Assembly (NCBI GenBank): GCA_049970055.1
Contig: JBMFNR010000001.1
Location: forward strand, 192,001-256,000
Origin: Fervidobacterium sp.
Lineage (GTDB): Bacteria > Thermotogota > Thermotogae > Thermotogales > Fervidobacteriaceae
Length of the DNA stretch: 64,000 nt
Direction: 5' to 3'
The position numbers were made by a program, and so were the translations under genes. The number at the start of each line of letters is the position of its first letter. Position 1 is the stretch's first letter. Shown one piece after another: positions 9,849-19,559 of this stretch. The notes beneath the pieces were generated by a model. That model made no database searches. It saw only the letters and a list, made by a program, of their open reading frames with translations, and was not told where the DNA came from.

Positions 9849-10689
9849 AAAATTCATCCTTGAAACCTTACCGCCAAGAGGTACTGTTGCTAATAAGTAT
9901 ATTCAATTTTGTGTCGAATCAACAATCGTAGGCGCTGAAGTTATAGCGGTAACAGACCTTCCTATGGGGAGCTCGCGTGTTTCACCGATAGCACCTGCAC
10001 ACATGTTGGTTGAGAAAGGTGTTGAGGTGTTAATGCACTTTTCACGCACGACGAGGAATGCCATCAGAATAGAAGGTGATTTATTAGCAACTCATATGCT
10101 TGGAATAAAAAACGTGCTCATACTTTCAGGTGACGATCCACGTGTTGGTACGTATCCGTTCTCTTCAAGTGTAGAAGATTTCAGTATCTACGACGTTTTT
10201 AGGTTGGTTAAACTCCTAAATGAAAGAAATGAAAATCTCGCTGGCTTGAAAATATACGGTACATTCTCATTCAACCCGGGCGGAGTTTTCAGTCCTTTTG
10301 AAAAAGATTATATGCAAACCATCGAAAGAATGAACAAGAAAGTAGAAAACGGCTGCAAATTTTTTGTTTCTCAACCAGTATTCAGTGAATCAACTATTCT
10401 AAATTTCCTTGAAAAAGCGGAAGGCAACTTGAAGACAAACAAAATATATGTTGCCCTAATGGTCTTTGAAAGCTTAAGTCAATTAGAGTACTTTTCAAAA
10501 GTACCTGGTGTATTCATACCAAAAGAGTATTTTCATCAAAAGGATGAAACAATAAAGTCGTATTCTTTAAAAAGAGCTATGAATGTAGTAGAAAAGCTTT
10601 CTTCATACGTCGAAGGTTTTTATCTAACCTCTACCACAAAAGATCTGGAGGTTATCAAGAATATATCCGAAGTTATTTTTAATAGTTAG
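9838..10689 (+). CDS. metF: Methylenetetrahydrofolate reductase family protein
   Basis: ETLPPRG, AVTDLP, LMHFSR, NVLILSGDDP, KKVENGCKFFVSQPVF. Confidence 0.8.
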   Translation: MLNKKFILETLPPRGTVANKYIQFCVESTIVGAEVIAVTDLPMGSSRVSPIAPAHMLVEKGVEVLMHFSRTTRNAIRIEGDLLATHMLGIKNVLILSGDDPRVGTYPFSSSVEDFSIYDVFRLVKLLNERNENLAGLKIYGTFSFNPGGVFSPFEKDYMQTIERMNKKVENGCKFFVSQPVFSESTILNFLEKAEGNLKTNKIYVALMVFESLSQLEYFSKVPGVFIPKEYFHQKDETIKSYSLKRAMNVVEKLSSYVEGFYLTSTTKDLEVIKNISEVIFNS

Positions 10690-10717
10690 GGTGCTAATTT
10701 AAAAGCGAGGGAAAACA

Positions 10718-13009
10718 ATGATTTACGCAGTTGCTTTATCCAAATCCAACATTGTAAAACCTATTTTGTGTGAATACACCGGAGAAATAAACTTAGGTGA
10801 GAGAGTACTTGTAAGCTACAAGGGAAAGAAAAATATTGGGTATGTTGTGGAAAAAATAGAGGTATCAAGTTCAAAATCAATTGTATCGAGTATTATAGAA
10901 CGTCTTGATTACACATCATTTTTCGACAATCAAAGGATAATAGCATTGCGTAATCTAGCTGAATTTTATGGCTCGGGTGTCGGAAAATACTTTGATATAT
11001 CTTTTCCTCCGGATTTTGATGATTATTTTTCGTTATTTGTCGAAAGCACAAGCCCATTTCTGAATATAGAGCGTCAACCTTATGAAGAGTTCAAAAAAAT
11101 GAAAAATTACCAAGAATACATTTCAAACGGGTTGGTAAGAATATATAGAGATTTTGAAACAAGTAAACCGAGGCCAAGAAAGAAAAATCAATACGTTTAT
11201 CTTAAATCATCTCCTCAAGAACTTTTAACATACAAGCTGACGGCAAATCAGACGATTGTTGTGAATTATCTTTTGATGAAAGAATCGGCAGAAATCGAAG
11301 AAATAGTTAATGACCTAAACATCGAAAAGGATGTAATAATACAACTCAAAAACAAAGGTATTGTAGACGTTGTTGAACATTACATATCAAACCGCAGTCT
11401 GCGGAAAGTTAAACTTACCAAAGAGCAAGAAGAAGTTGTGAGGAATATACTTTCGTATAATTTACACGATCCAAAGAAACATCTTCTATTTGGACCAACT
11501 GGTAGTGGGAAGACAGAAGTATATTTGGAAGTTATTGAAAAGTACATTCCCTTCGGTAATGTGCTCTATCTTGTTCCAGAAATATCTTTGACGGAACAGA
11601 CCATAGCACGTTTGAAGAGCAGATTCCCAGATGTGACAATTGCACTTTATCACAGTTATCTAACACACTCAAAGCGTGTCGAAATTTGGGCAAAGGCGAT
11701 CAAAGGCGAGATAAATATATTAGTAGGCCCAAGAAGTGCTGCATTTGTGCCTATTAAGAATTTAAAACTTGCAATTGTTGATGAAGAACACGACGAAGGC
11801 TATTATAACGATACTGAACCGTTTTACGACGTACATACCTTTTTAGATTTACTACCAATCACAGTTGTGTACGGCTCAGCTACCCCATCTTTAGTTAGCT
11901 ATTATAAAGCTTTAAATGGTGAATACGCGTTTCATAAAATTACACAAAGGTTTGAAGTTGATCTTCCGAATGTTGAAATTGTTGATATGAGATCAGAAAA
12001 GAAATTAACATCTTCAATATCTGAAACTTTATACAAAGCTACACTAGATACCTTTGAATCTGGAAAGTCCGCGATTATTTATACAAGGAGGAAAGGGTTT
12101 TCGCGTGTACAGTGCAGTATCTGCGGGTATATCGTAAAGTGTGATCACTGCGATGTGGGTATGACATACCATCTTGATATCAACAAATTGAGATGTCACA
12201 TCTGTGGAAGTGAAAAGAACTTAGATATGCGATGCCCTAATTGCGGTTCAAATATGTTCATTGATAAAGGAACAGGCACAGAAAAAGTTGAAAAAGAATT
12301 ATTTCAGCTTTTTCCAGGAAGAAACATTGGAAGGATAGACGCAGAGGTAGCCGACTCTCCCGACAAGCTAAAGAAAATGTTGGAACACCTAAGGGAGGGG
12401 AAAATCGACATGGTTGTCGGGACCAAAATGATAACAAAAGGCCTTGATATATACAGAATAGGTCTTGTAGGGATTGTTGATATAGATGCGTTGATATCAT
12501 ACCCCGATCTTAACGCCCCACTTAGAACTTTCCAAACCTTGGTACAAGTAATAGGGAGGTCGGGAAGAACAGAAAAGGGTAAAGCCATTATTCAAACATA
12601 CAACCCGCTACATCCTGTAATTACATTTGCGAGTAACCAAGATGTTGAAGGCTACTACAAAAGAGAAATTGAACTGAGAAGAGAACTTAACTATCCGCCT
12701 TTTGCAAGTGTTGTTGCTGTTACCTATTCAAATGCTGATGTGAATATAGCACGTGAAACAGTTGAAATTTTTGCAGACGAGATTGAGAAGATAAATATCG
12801 AATACAGAAAAACTCATGGTGAAGAACTCTACTTGGAGATCCTTGGACCATCAGAACATCCGATTTTCAAATCGAAGAATAAATATCGCTATCAACTATT
12901 CCTAAAAATAGAGAACAATAAAGTGAGCGATTTACTAATTGTAATAAAAGACTTAACCGCACAGTACACAGGTGACTGGACAATTAAAGTCAATCCACCT
13001 GAGATTTAG
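10718..13009 (+). CDS. priA: Primosomal protein N' (replication restart helicase)
   Basis: GPTGSGKTEVY, LVPEISLT, IVDEEHD, four CxxC zinc motifs, GTGTEKVE, QVIGRSGR. Confidence 0.96.
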   Translation: MIYAVALSKSNIVKPILCEYTGEINLGERVLVSYKGKKNIGYVVEKIEVSSSKSIVSSIIERLDYTSFFDNQRIIALRNLAEFYGSGVGKYFDISFPPDFDDYFSLFVESTSPFLNIERQPYEEFKKMKNYQEYISNGLVRIYRDFETSKPRPRKKNQYVYLKSSPQELLTYKLTANQTIVVNYLLMKESAEIEEIVNDLNIEKDVIIQLKNKGIVDVVEHYISNRSLRKVKLTKEQEEVVRNILSYNLHDPKKHLLFGPTGSGKTEVYLEVIEKYIPFGNVLYLVPEISLTEQTIARLKSRFPDVTIALYHSYLTHSKRVEIWAKAIKGEINILVGPRSAAFVPIKNLKLAIVDEEHDEGYYNDTEPFYDVHTFLDLLPITVVYGSATPSLVSYYKALNGEYAFHKITQRFEVDLPNVEIVDMRSEKKLTSSISETLYKATLDTFESGKSAIIYTRRKGFSRVQCSICGYIVKCDHCDVGMTYHLDINKLRCHICGSEKNLDMRCPNCGSNMFIDKGTGTEKVEKELFQLFPGRNIGRIDAEVADSPDKLKKMLEHLREGKIDMVVGTKMITKGLDIYRIGLVGIVDIDALISYPDLNAPLRTFQTLVQVIGRSGRTEKGKAIIQTYNPLHPVITFASNQDVEGYYKREIELRRELNYPPFASVVAVTYSNADVNIARETVEIFADEIEKINIEYRKTHGEELYLEILGPSEHPIFKSKNKYRYQLFLKIENNKVSDLLIVIKDLTAQYTGDWTIKVNPPEI

Positions 13010-13014
13010 AGATT

Positions 13015-13048
13015 AAAAAAGGGTAGATGGTGTCATCTACCCTTTTTT
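13015..13048. terminator. Bidirectional intrinsic terminator
   Basis: AAAAAAGGGTAGATG-GTGT-CATCTACCCTTTTTT between convergent genes. Confidence 0.88.
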
Positions 13049-13061
13049 ATTCATTCCCCTT

Positions 13062-13163
13062 TCACTTTTTTGAATTCTTAATGATTGTTCCAACCGAAGT
13101 CAAAGTTAATACAAGTATTATTCCCCAACTTCCAATCATAAAAGCTAAAGCTGTCACTGACAT
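13062..13163 (-). CDS. 33-aa single-TM protein, probable MetS-type small subunit of the NSS transporter (MSVTALAFMIGSWGIILVLTLTSVGTIIKNSKK)
   Basis: AGGAG RBS 9 nt upstream; directly follows the NSS gene; hydrophobic with SW motif and basic tail; absent from the ORF track. Confidence 0.75.
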   Translation of the reverse strand: MSVTALAFMIGSWGIILVLTLTSVGTIIKNSKK

Positions 13164-13175
13164 TTTACCACGCTC

Positions 13176-14750
13176 CTACTTTGAATTATCAACATTATCA
13201 ATATTATCTAGCTTTTGACCTAAATTTTTATAAGTTAAGATGAAGCTAGAGATAAAGACGATTATTAGAACAATTCTTGCAGCTATTACCCAGGGAATAA
13301 GTACGGGGTTGTTTTTAACAAAGTCTGGTATCAATTTAAAGTAACCATGTTTCGCATAATCGATTGTTGAGAAAACAAGTAAAAGGATGATAAACACAGG
13401 AGTTAAGAATCCCATGACTGTTCTGTAAAACCACTTTGGTATTTTCCAATAGCTTCCTTTGTTGATTTCCTCCAACCCTTTTGACTTAAAAAGCCATACT
13501 GCTGCAATTACCTCTATTAAACCCAGTAAAACCAAAAAGTATGTACCAACCCAATTGTCGAGCTCAGTTAAGTACATAAGGTCTGCTGTTTTCGTAAGAA
13601 TAGGCTCAAGAGCTACAGGAAGACCTCCAATGATGTACATTACAAAAACAAATGTTGAACCCTTTTTCCTTTCTATACCAAACTCATCTTCTAAAAATGC
13701 TGTCATATAGTTAAACATTGCAATTGAACTTGTTATACCAGCAAAGAACAAAAGTAAAAACCAAAGCATACCGAATATTCTTCCACCGGCCATTTCTCTA
13801 AAAACATTTGGAAGGGCAATAAAAGACAATCCTACACCGCTTTTTAAACCTTCAGTACCAAGGAACGTAAACGCTATCGGTATAACTATAGTTCCCGCGA
13901 GTATAACCTCGGCAAATTCGTTAAGGGATGCGGTTGCAACCGCTGATGTTACAATATCGTCTTCATCTCTCAAATACGATGCGTAATTTTGGATAATTCC
14001 CATGCCAAGAGAAAGTGTGAAGAATATTTGTCCTGCAGCGGCAAGCGTTGCGGACCAATTTAGTTCATTCCAACGGGGCGACCAAAGAAAATTAAGTCCT
14101 TTAATTGGATTCCAGTCTGGGTTAACGGGGGAGCCAAGTGTCAAAGTTCTGATTAGTAGAACAAGTGAAAATATATAGATTGCTGGCATTGCAACTTTCG
14201 CCAGAGTTTCCAATCCTTTGTTTATTCCTCTTCTTGTTATAACCCAAAGAATTGAAAGTGTAATAATCCAGAATAACAAAACTCTATATGGGCTTTGGAT
14301 ATAACCAGCAAAATACTGAACAGTGTCTACAGATTTGTCCATGTATTTTCCGATAGCGGTTTCAAAAGAATAACCAAGTGTCCAGCCAATGACATGGTTG
14401 TAGTATGAGTTTAAGAGCATAACCACTGACAGAGCAATAGCACCGGCAAAAGCACCGAAAATCTTTGCGCCTTTGTACCCCATGGTTTCTTTCGCTTGCA
14501 GATAAACCATTGGACCAATCGTACCGTGGCCGTACCTTCCTCCATATCTTCCTTGTGCCCATTCAATTATTAGCAGAGGAATACCCATAAATATAAAAGC
14601 TACAAAATATGGTATCATGAAAGCTCCTCCGCCGTTTTTTGCAGCTTGGTAAGGGAAGCGCCAAAAATTACCAAGACCTATGGCGTTCCCTGCCATGGCT
14701 AAAATAAGTCCGAGTGTACTACCCCAGTGTTCTCTTGCCTTTTTTGCCAC
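13176..14750 (-). CDS. Sodium-dependent NSS (LeuT-like) amino-acid transporter
   Basis: REHW...GNAIGLGNFWRFPY, GGGAFMIPY, AAGQIFFTLSLG, FFAGITSSI; GTG start after GGAGG. Confidence 0.95.
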   Translation of the reverse strand: MAKKAREHWGSTLGLILAMAGNAIGLGNFWRFPYQAAKNGGGAFMIPYFVAFIFMGIPLLIIEWAQGRYGGRYGHGTIGPMVYLQAKETMGYKGAKIFGAFAGAIALSVVMLLNSYYNHVIGWTLGYSFETAIGKYMDKSVDTVQYFAGYIQSPYRVLLFWIITLSILWVITRRGINKGLETLAKVAMPAIYIFSLVLLIRTLTLGSPVNPDWNPIKGLNFLWSPRWNELNWSATLAAAGQIFFTLSLGMGIIQNYASYLRDEDDIVTSAVATASLNEFAEVILAGTIVIPIAFTFLGTEGLKSGVGLSFIALPNVFREMAGGRIFGMLWFLLLFFAGITSSIAMFNYMTAFLEDEFGIERKKGSTFVFVMYIIGGLPVALEPILTKTADLMYLTELDNWVGTYFLVLLGLIEVIAAVWLFKSKGLEEINKGSYWKIPKWFYRTVMGFLTPVFIILLLVFSTIDYAKHGYFKLIPDFVKNNPVLIPWVIAARIVLIIVFISSFILTYKNLGQKLDNIDNVDNSK

Positions 14751-14804
14751 AACAAGCACCTCCCAAAAAGCCGGATATACGGAAAATCGATAACAAAAAT
14801 AAAA

Positions 14805-14833
14805 AAAGCGTGTTTTTACCTAAAGCACGCTTT
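14805..14833 (-). terminator. Hairpin with T tract on the minus strand, upstream of the NSS gene
   Basis: Minus strand AAAGCGTGCTTT-AGGTA-AAAACACGCTTTTTTT. Confidence 0.55.
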
Positions 14834-14834
14834 A

Positions 14835-14863
14835 ATTCTACATATTGACTATATTTTAGTCAA
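14835..14863 (-). promoter_or_regulatory. Sigma70-like promoter overlapped by a palindrome
   Basis: Minus strand TTGACT-17-TAGAAT; inverted repeat TTGACTA-N5-TAGTCAA at 14845-14863. Confidence 0.6.
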
Positions 14864-14981
14864 AGCTAATTTTTCAGAAGAAAACAACAGAAATTTCCAA
14901 TTTTCACTTATGTAACATCAAGAATATTTGTGAAACAAGTAGCAAAGAATAATTATTACCAAAGTTGTTGTATAACAATTT

Positions 14982-16640
14982 TCATTTTTCTTGAACGTTC
15001 TCTGTATTTTTACCAAACTTTGTTATAAAGTCTTTGAACATACTAACTATTAAATCCCTTCTATACTGTGCAAAGCACCTAAGCCATTCGCTCTCATTCT
15101 TCCAAGTTTCCAATTCTGGTTTGCCCCACCTTGCAGAATGGCGTACGATTTCATCTTTTAAATCCTCGATTCTTCTTTCAACTATTTTTTCAAACCTTTC
15201 TTCTGTAAATATGTTATTTAGTATGTAGTAGAAGCGGTTTATGAACTTTACCTTAAATTCGGTGTTTTCAAGTAATTTGCGTAAAAGCAATGTTGCTTCA
15301 TCGACTGTTGTCCAAGGGATCTCGGGATCACCATACACTGCAATCCGTATTGTATTGTGCTCAGGGACCCATAACGCAAGGTCCATATCGTACATCATCC
15401 AGCGCCATTTGCCATCTCCATATTTGTTTTCTTCGGGTTTTAGCACTCTCCACATGCGTTCATTATTACCAGGCCAATCTCTATTGGCAGTTAAGATTTC
15501 CGCTATCTTAAAGTCTATAAAACTGTCTATATCTATAACCTGGCACACCTTTTGATAATTAGCCTTGATCGATAAATCACTATTTTTCACAAAATTTATC
15601 AGATCAACAAAACTTTGTTGATCGCCTTCTTTTCCATCTTGAATCGACATATCATAGTTTATTATAACAGTATTTTTTTCATTTACACCGTATTTAATTT
15701 GTAAGTATCTTTGATCATAGTACTCCATTAAATAAGAAATTCCCCAGTATTCTCCATTTATGTAATGAACAAGAGGATAGTTATCTTGTGTATCAAAATT
15801 AAGTTCTTTAAAAACTTCCTGTGCAATCGAATCACGCATGTACGTTCCTTCCCAATCGTTGCCGGCATTTCTCAATAAAAGCTTCTTGTAACCTACTCTA
15901 CCAAAAAACGGATACGCAAATTGCTTTTCGGAATTCCTCGCGTAAAGTCTTATAGATTTTATAGGCAAACTACGTGTAAATTCTCCGTGTATGCGGATTC
16001 CTATTTGTGTTCTGTATTTCAACTTACCATCTTCAAAATACTCCATTATTGCAGGTCTTTCAGATGCATCGCCTCGTTGTTGATAATTCCCAGTCCAATA
16101 AGGATTTGATGGATCAAACGTCTTTCCGGGTACGTAGATACCTTTTTCATCGTCAAATAAATTCTCCGGGTCAGTAATTATTGAGAGAACCGGCAATTTG
16201 TGAGTAATTCCTATAAAATAACTCCTAACAGCTGAATCGATGATTTTTCCATCTTTAAGTTCGATAATTCTTAAAATGGTCGCTTTGTCAAAAGTTCCAG
16301 TTGGTGCCCTCCACAATGGTGACGTTGGAATATACATATACGTGTTGTCATACTTCTTTGAAATAACCAACGGTGAGGAATATTTGTACGTGTTTTTACT
16401 GTCGATACGTGGTGTGGTGCCATCAAGTGTGTAATACACTTCCCCATTAACTGACGAAGTTATTATAACTACTATAGATGAATCATAAAAACCTGACTCG
16501 TGAGATATGATCAGTTGTGGAAAGGTTGTTGGCATGATTAAAAACGTGAAAAACAAAGTCATGATTCGAATTTTCAATTTAGTTTCCCCCAGTTTTATCA
16601 CTGCAAACTTATTATTTGTACGCTTTAATCCAAAAAACAT
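14982..16640 (-). CDS. CotH kinase family secreted protein with N-terminal chitobiase/Fn3-associated domain
   Basis: VYYTLDGTTP domain; RIHGEFTR, LLLRNAGND, INGEYWG, NRDWPGNN, WRWMMYDMD; true start probably near 16562-16577. Confidence 0.8.
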   Translation of the reverse strand: MFFGLKRTNNKFAVIKLGETKLKIRIMTLFFTFLIMPTTFPQLIISHESGFYDSSIVVIITSSVNGEVYYTLDGTTPRIDSKNTYKYSSPLVISKKYDNTYMYIPTSPLWRAPTGTFDKATILRIIELKDGKIIDSAVRSYFIGITHKLPVLSIITDPENLFDDEKGIYVPGKTFDPSNPYWTGNYQQRGDASERPAIMEYFEDGKLKYRTQIGIRIHGEFTRSLPIKSIRLYARNSEKQFAYPFFGRVGYKKLLLRNAGNDWEGTYMRDSIAQEVFKELNFDTQDNYPLVHYINGEYWGISYLMEYYDQRYLQIKYGVNEKNTVIINYDMSIQDGKEGDQQSFVDLINFVKNSDLSIKANYQKVCQVIDIDSFIDFKIAEILTANRDWPGNNERMWRVLKPEENKYGDGKWRWMMYDMDLALWVPEHNTIRIAVYGDPEIPWTTVDEATLLLRKLLENTEFKVKFINRFYYILNNIFTEERFEKIVERRIEDLKDEIVRHSARWGKPELETWKNESEWLRCFAQYRRDLIVSMFKDFITKFGKNTENVQEK

Positions 16641-17241
16641 ATTCTACACTACCTGCTTCTAAACGCATGTTCCTCTTCTTGAGGAGTTTTTCTTTGTCCA
16701 ATGTGTTGATCTCAAATTTAGGTCTTATGATTATATCGTATCCATCGTTCGATGCTTGGAAAGAAACACTGTAGCGACTGTAGAGTTGTTCGCTTAAATA
16801 GTCTTTTTGATACATATTTTCTTCATTTAACGTCGAAATTCTATACCCGGCACTTATATACCTCCTTGCTGCTCTTTCAACATATTGCATTTCGTTGTAT
16901 ATAGAATCGTATGTATTTACCGAAATGGTTTCTTGTTCAGTATGAAAAAGTGTTACGACTGTTGTCGTGGTTTCTTCTGTTGTGGCTGACTGAGTGGGTG
17001 TTTCAACATTGCTTAAATTTATTGGAGTATCTTGGGTAACTTCAAATGAATAACTATGAGGTTCCATGTTTGTAACTGTCGCAGGTATATCTGTTTTTGC
17101 CGGTAATGAAGCTGTTTCATTAAGTGCATCGGTGTTTTCAAGAGTGTAGTCAAATGTTACACTTCTTTTGGAAAATGTGGAAATCAAAAGTATAGTCAAA
17201 ACAAGTAAGAAAATAACCGTAATCTTTGAAAGCAGGCTCAC
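16612..17241 (-). CDS. Hypothetical membrane-anchored protein with Thr-rich linker
   Basis: N-terminal TM, Thr-rich segment (PTQSATTEETTTTVVT), GGAGG RBS. Confidence 0.7.
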   Translation of the reverse strand: MSLLSKITVIFLLVLTILLISTFSKRSVTFDYTLENTDALNETASLPAKTDIPATVTNMEPHSYSFEVTQDTPINLSNVETPTQSATTEETTTTVVTLFHTEQETISVNTYDSIYNEMQYVERAARRYISAGYRISTLNEENMYQKDYLSEQLYSRYSVSFQASNDGYDIIIRPKFEINTLDKEKLLKKRNMRLEAGSVEYVFWIKAYK

Positions 17242-17308
17242 GGTTAAACTTCACCTCCATGTTCCAAAATTTTTCGATCGGTATTAATCTAGTATTAATT
17301 GATTACTA

Positions 17309-18463
17309 TTAACTGACACTATCATCTTTAAGTATCTTATCAGGTGAAAATACGAATTTCATTCTTAACCATGTGAAGAAAATTAACCCGATAGACGCAA
17401 CAACAGAAAAAGCTACGAAGAAAAACTCTCGAACGAGAATACCTTTTGAACTTTCTAAAAACTGTACACTCCTGATTATATACGTGCTTTTAAAGAGTAT
17501 CGAAGATGTAACTAACTCTTTAAGTAGATTAGGTAGTTGTGAAACCTGAGTAAATATACCACTTGAAAGCAAGAAAAGTATTGCAAATGCAGCTCCTACA
17601 ATGTTGGCGGATGAGGAATTTAGAAAAAGTGAAGATAAAAGCAGTGCAAATGAAGAGTAAAACAACGCATTAAAGACTATAAGCAAAACAATCAGAGCAG
17701 GATCTACGTTAAAATGTGTGAAAGCAAAAAATAAATACGAAATCAATCCTGAAAGAGCACTTAGGGAGAATACTACTATCAATTTTGTCAATACGTACTT
17801 TAACATACTTTGTTTCGAAAGTGCAAATTGTTTCAGTAGGCCTATTTCCCTATCTCGTGTGATAATTCCGGTCCCTACGATAATCCCCAAAAACATTGTC
17901 ACAACGAATATCATATTTGGCGCGAATGCTTGGGAAAAATCTAATGATTTTTCAGTGACAAGCTCTGGTGCGGGTACATTTGCTGCCGTGTACATTTCGT
18001 GTAGAACTTTTGGGTTAAAGAAAGGGCCTCCACTTAGATCTTCGAACATTTTTTTGAAAACCAAAAAAGCTGCCGCCGAAATTTCAGTGTTTACCGGGCT
18101 TGGGACATATGTTATCTTCGTTTTCTTTCCAGAAAAAAGCGAAGAAGTAAAATCCTCAGGTATAACGACTACGGCGTTCAAGTTTCCATTTTTTAGTTCC
18201 TCTTCATAGTTTTCATCAACGTAGCCTATAGTTCCTCCTTTAAAGAGCGAAAGGACAACACCAACCGTAAATCTAGAAAGTGGTGATTTGTCTTTACTAT
18301 AAACACCTATCTTTAGTTCGGACTCACTAACAGATTTGAAAAACAAAATCCCAAATAAAACAAAAATCAAAGGAATTGCGATGAGTGTCATGTAAGTTAA
18401 TGGTCTTGAAAAAATCCTCTTGAATTCGAATTTTATTAAGTTCAATCTTTTCACCCCGTACAT
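17309..18463 (-). CDS. ABC-2 type exporter permease
   Basis: FEFKRIF..P, extracytoplasmic loop with AVVVIPEDF, ITRDREIGLL, C-terminal TMs. Confidence 0.8.
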   Translation of the reverse strand: MYGVKRLNLIKFEFKRIFSRPLTYMTLIAIPLIFVLFGILFFKSVSESELKIGVYSKDKSPLSRFTVGVVLSLFKGGTIGYVDENYEEELKNGNLNAVVVIPEDFTSSLFSGKKTKITYVPSPVNTEISAAAFLVFKKMFEDLSGGPFFNPKVLHEMYTAANVPAPELVTEKSLDFSQAFAPNMIFVVTMFLGIIVGTGIITRDREIGLLKQFALSKQSMLKYVLTKLIVVFSLSALSGLISYLFFAFTHFNVDPALIVLLIVFNALFYSSFALLLSSLFLNSSSANIVGAAFAILFLLSSGIFTQVSQLPNLLKELVTSSILFKSTYIIRSVQFLESSKGILVREFFFVAFSVVASIGLIFFTWLRMKFVFSPDKILKDDSVS

Positions 18464-18467
18464 TGCA

Positions 18468-19154
18468 TTAGAATTTTACTTTCAGTAAAAAACTATGGTT
18501 AAAAGTGTTAAATACCTTGCTTTGACTAACGGGTACAGTAGTAAAATCGGGCAAGAAAGGTCCATACAAAGTTATCCCTACCCCATAGGTTAATACATAC
18601 ATGATAGACGGAAAGTTTGTAGAACCTGAAGGAATCTCAACATATGCGCCTATATTTCCGAGAAGATTGAAGTTTGATAATGTGTTGTAATGCTTAAAAT
18701 CTACCTTGTTAAAATCATCGTAATCTGTTGAAGCCCCAACTAACAAGCTAACACTTTCCAAATTAAAGCCAACACAACCTGCGAAACCGAGGATCAACTC
18801 GGAATGTGAATTACCAAAGTGAATTCCCATGAGTTTTGCTGAGAGATTGTAATTAATTCCAGAAGAATTGTATTTAAACTGTGTTGGAAACATATCAAAG
18901 AACGTTCTGTAGATTGAAAACCCAGCTGTTAGCACGGAAGAGTATCTTGGATTAGCGTTCATCTCAAAAGTATACATTAGTGATATTTGCTTCAAAAGAT
19001 CAATGTTATTTCCCGTTCTTGCAGAAATGTCAATAGCTATTGCCGATGGTGTTAAAACATGAAATCCATACATATCCGCATACGAATTCGTATAACTGAA
19101 TGCATAAACGAACATACAGCTTAAGAGTAGTGTAATGTAAAATTTAAGCCTCAT
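18468..19154 (-). CDS. Hypothetical exported protein, possible outer-sheath beta-barrel
   Basis: Signal peptide, aromatic/Gly/Asn-rich amphipathic strands, C-terminal LLKVKF; AGGAGG RBS. Confidence 0.55.
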   Translation of the reverse strand: MRLKFYITLLLSCMFVYAFSYTNSYADMYGFHVLTPSAIAIDISARTGNNIDLLKQISLMYTFEMNANPRYSSVLTAGFSIYRTFFDMFPTQFKYNSSGINYNLSAKLMGIHFGNSHSELILGFAGCVGFNLESVSLLVGASTDYDDFNKVDFKHYNTLSNFNLLGNIGAYVEIPSGSTNFPSIMYVLTYGVGITLYGPFLPDFTTVPVSQSKVFNTFNHSFLLKVKF

Positions 19155-19273
19155 TTAAACATTCCTCCTTTCTTACACGATTTGTGTTAATGCACTGAGG
19201 TATTGATTATAAATTATTTCTACACACTTCTTGATTATATCATAGATTTTCCTATACAAGTATACTTGCCTAC

Positions 19274-19301
19274 TTGAAATTTTTGGAGTATATGGTACAA
19301 T
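19274..19301 (+). promoter_or_regulatory. Promoter of the tRNA operon
   Basis: TTGAAA-16-(TGG)TACAAT. Confidence 0.6.
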
Positions 19302-19340
19302 CATTAATCGGAGCATCCGGAATAACCAGATCCTGCTAAC

Positions 19341-19430
19341 GGAGAGATGGCCGAGTGGTCGAAGGCGCTTGCCTGCTAAGCAAGTGTGGAGGTTTCTCCA
19401 CCGAGGGTTCGAATCCCTCTCTCTCCGCCA
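19341..19430 (+). tRNA. tRNA-Ser(GCT)
   Basis: GGAGAGA acceptor stem, GCT anticodon, long variable arm, GGTTCGAATCC, encoded CCA. Confidence 0.97.
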
Positions 19431-19559
19431 AAAATTTAGGTAGTAGTTTGGGTGGTAGATGGTAGTATTGCAATCGTGTTTAGCCATCTACCATTTATTA
19501 TTAAAAAGTTAAACTGAAAAGTCAAATTAAATGTGCAATTAAATGTAATAACTACGCAC

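Noticed and set aside
14928..14945. Rex-like operator TTGTGAAACAAGTAGCAA
   Set aside because: Right half has 3 mismatches to TTCACAA; too weak in AT-rich DNA
19173..19487. 104-aa minus-strand ORF
   Set aside because: Antisense to tRNA-Ser and its promoter; typical tRNA shadow ORF
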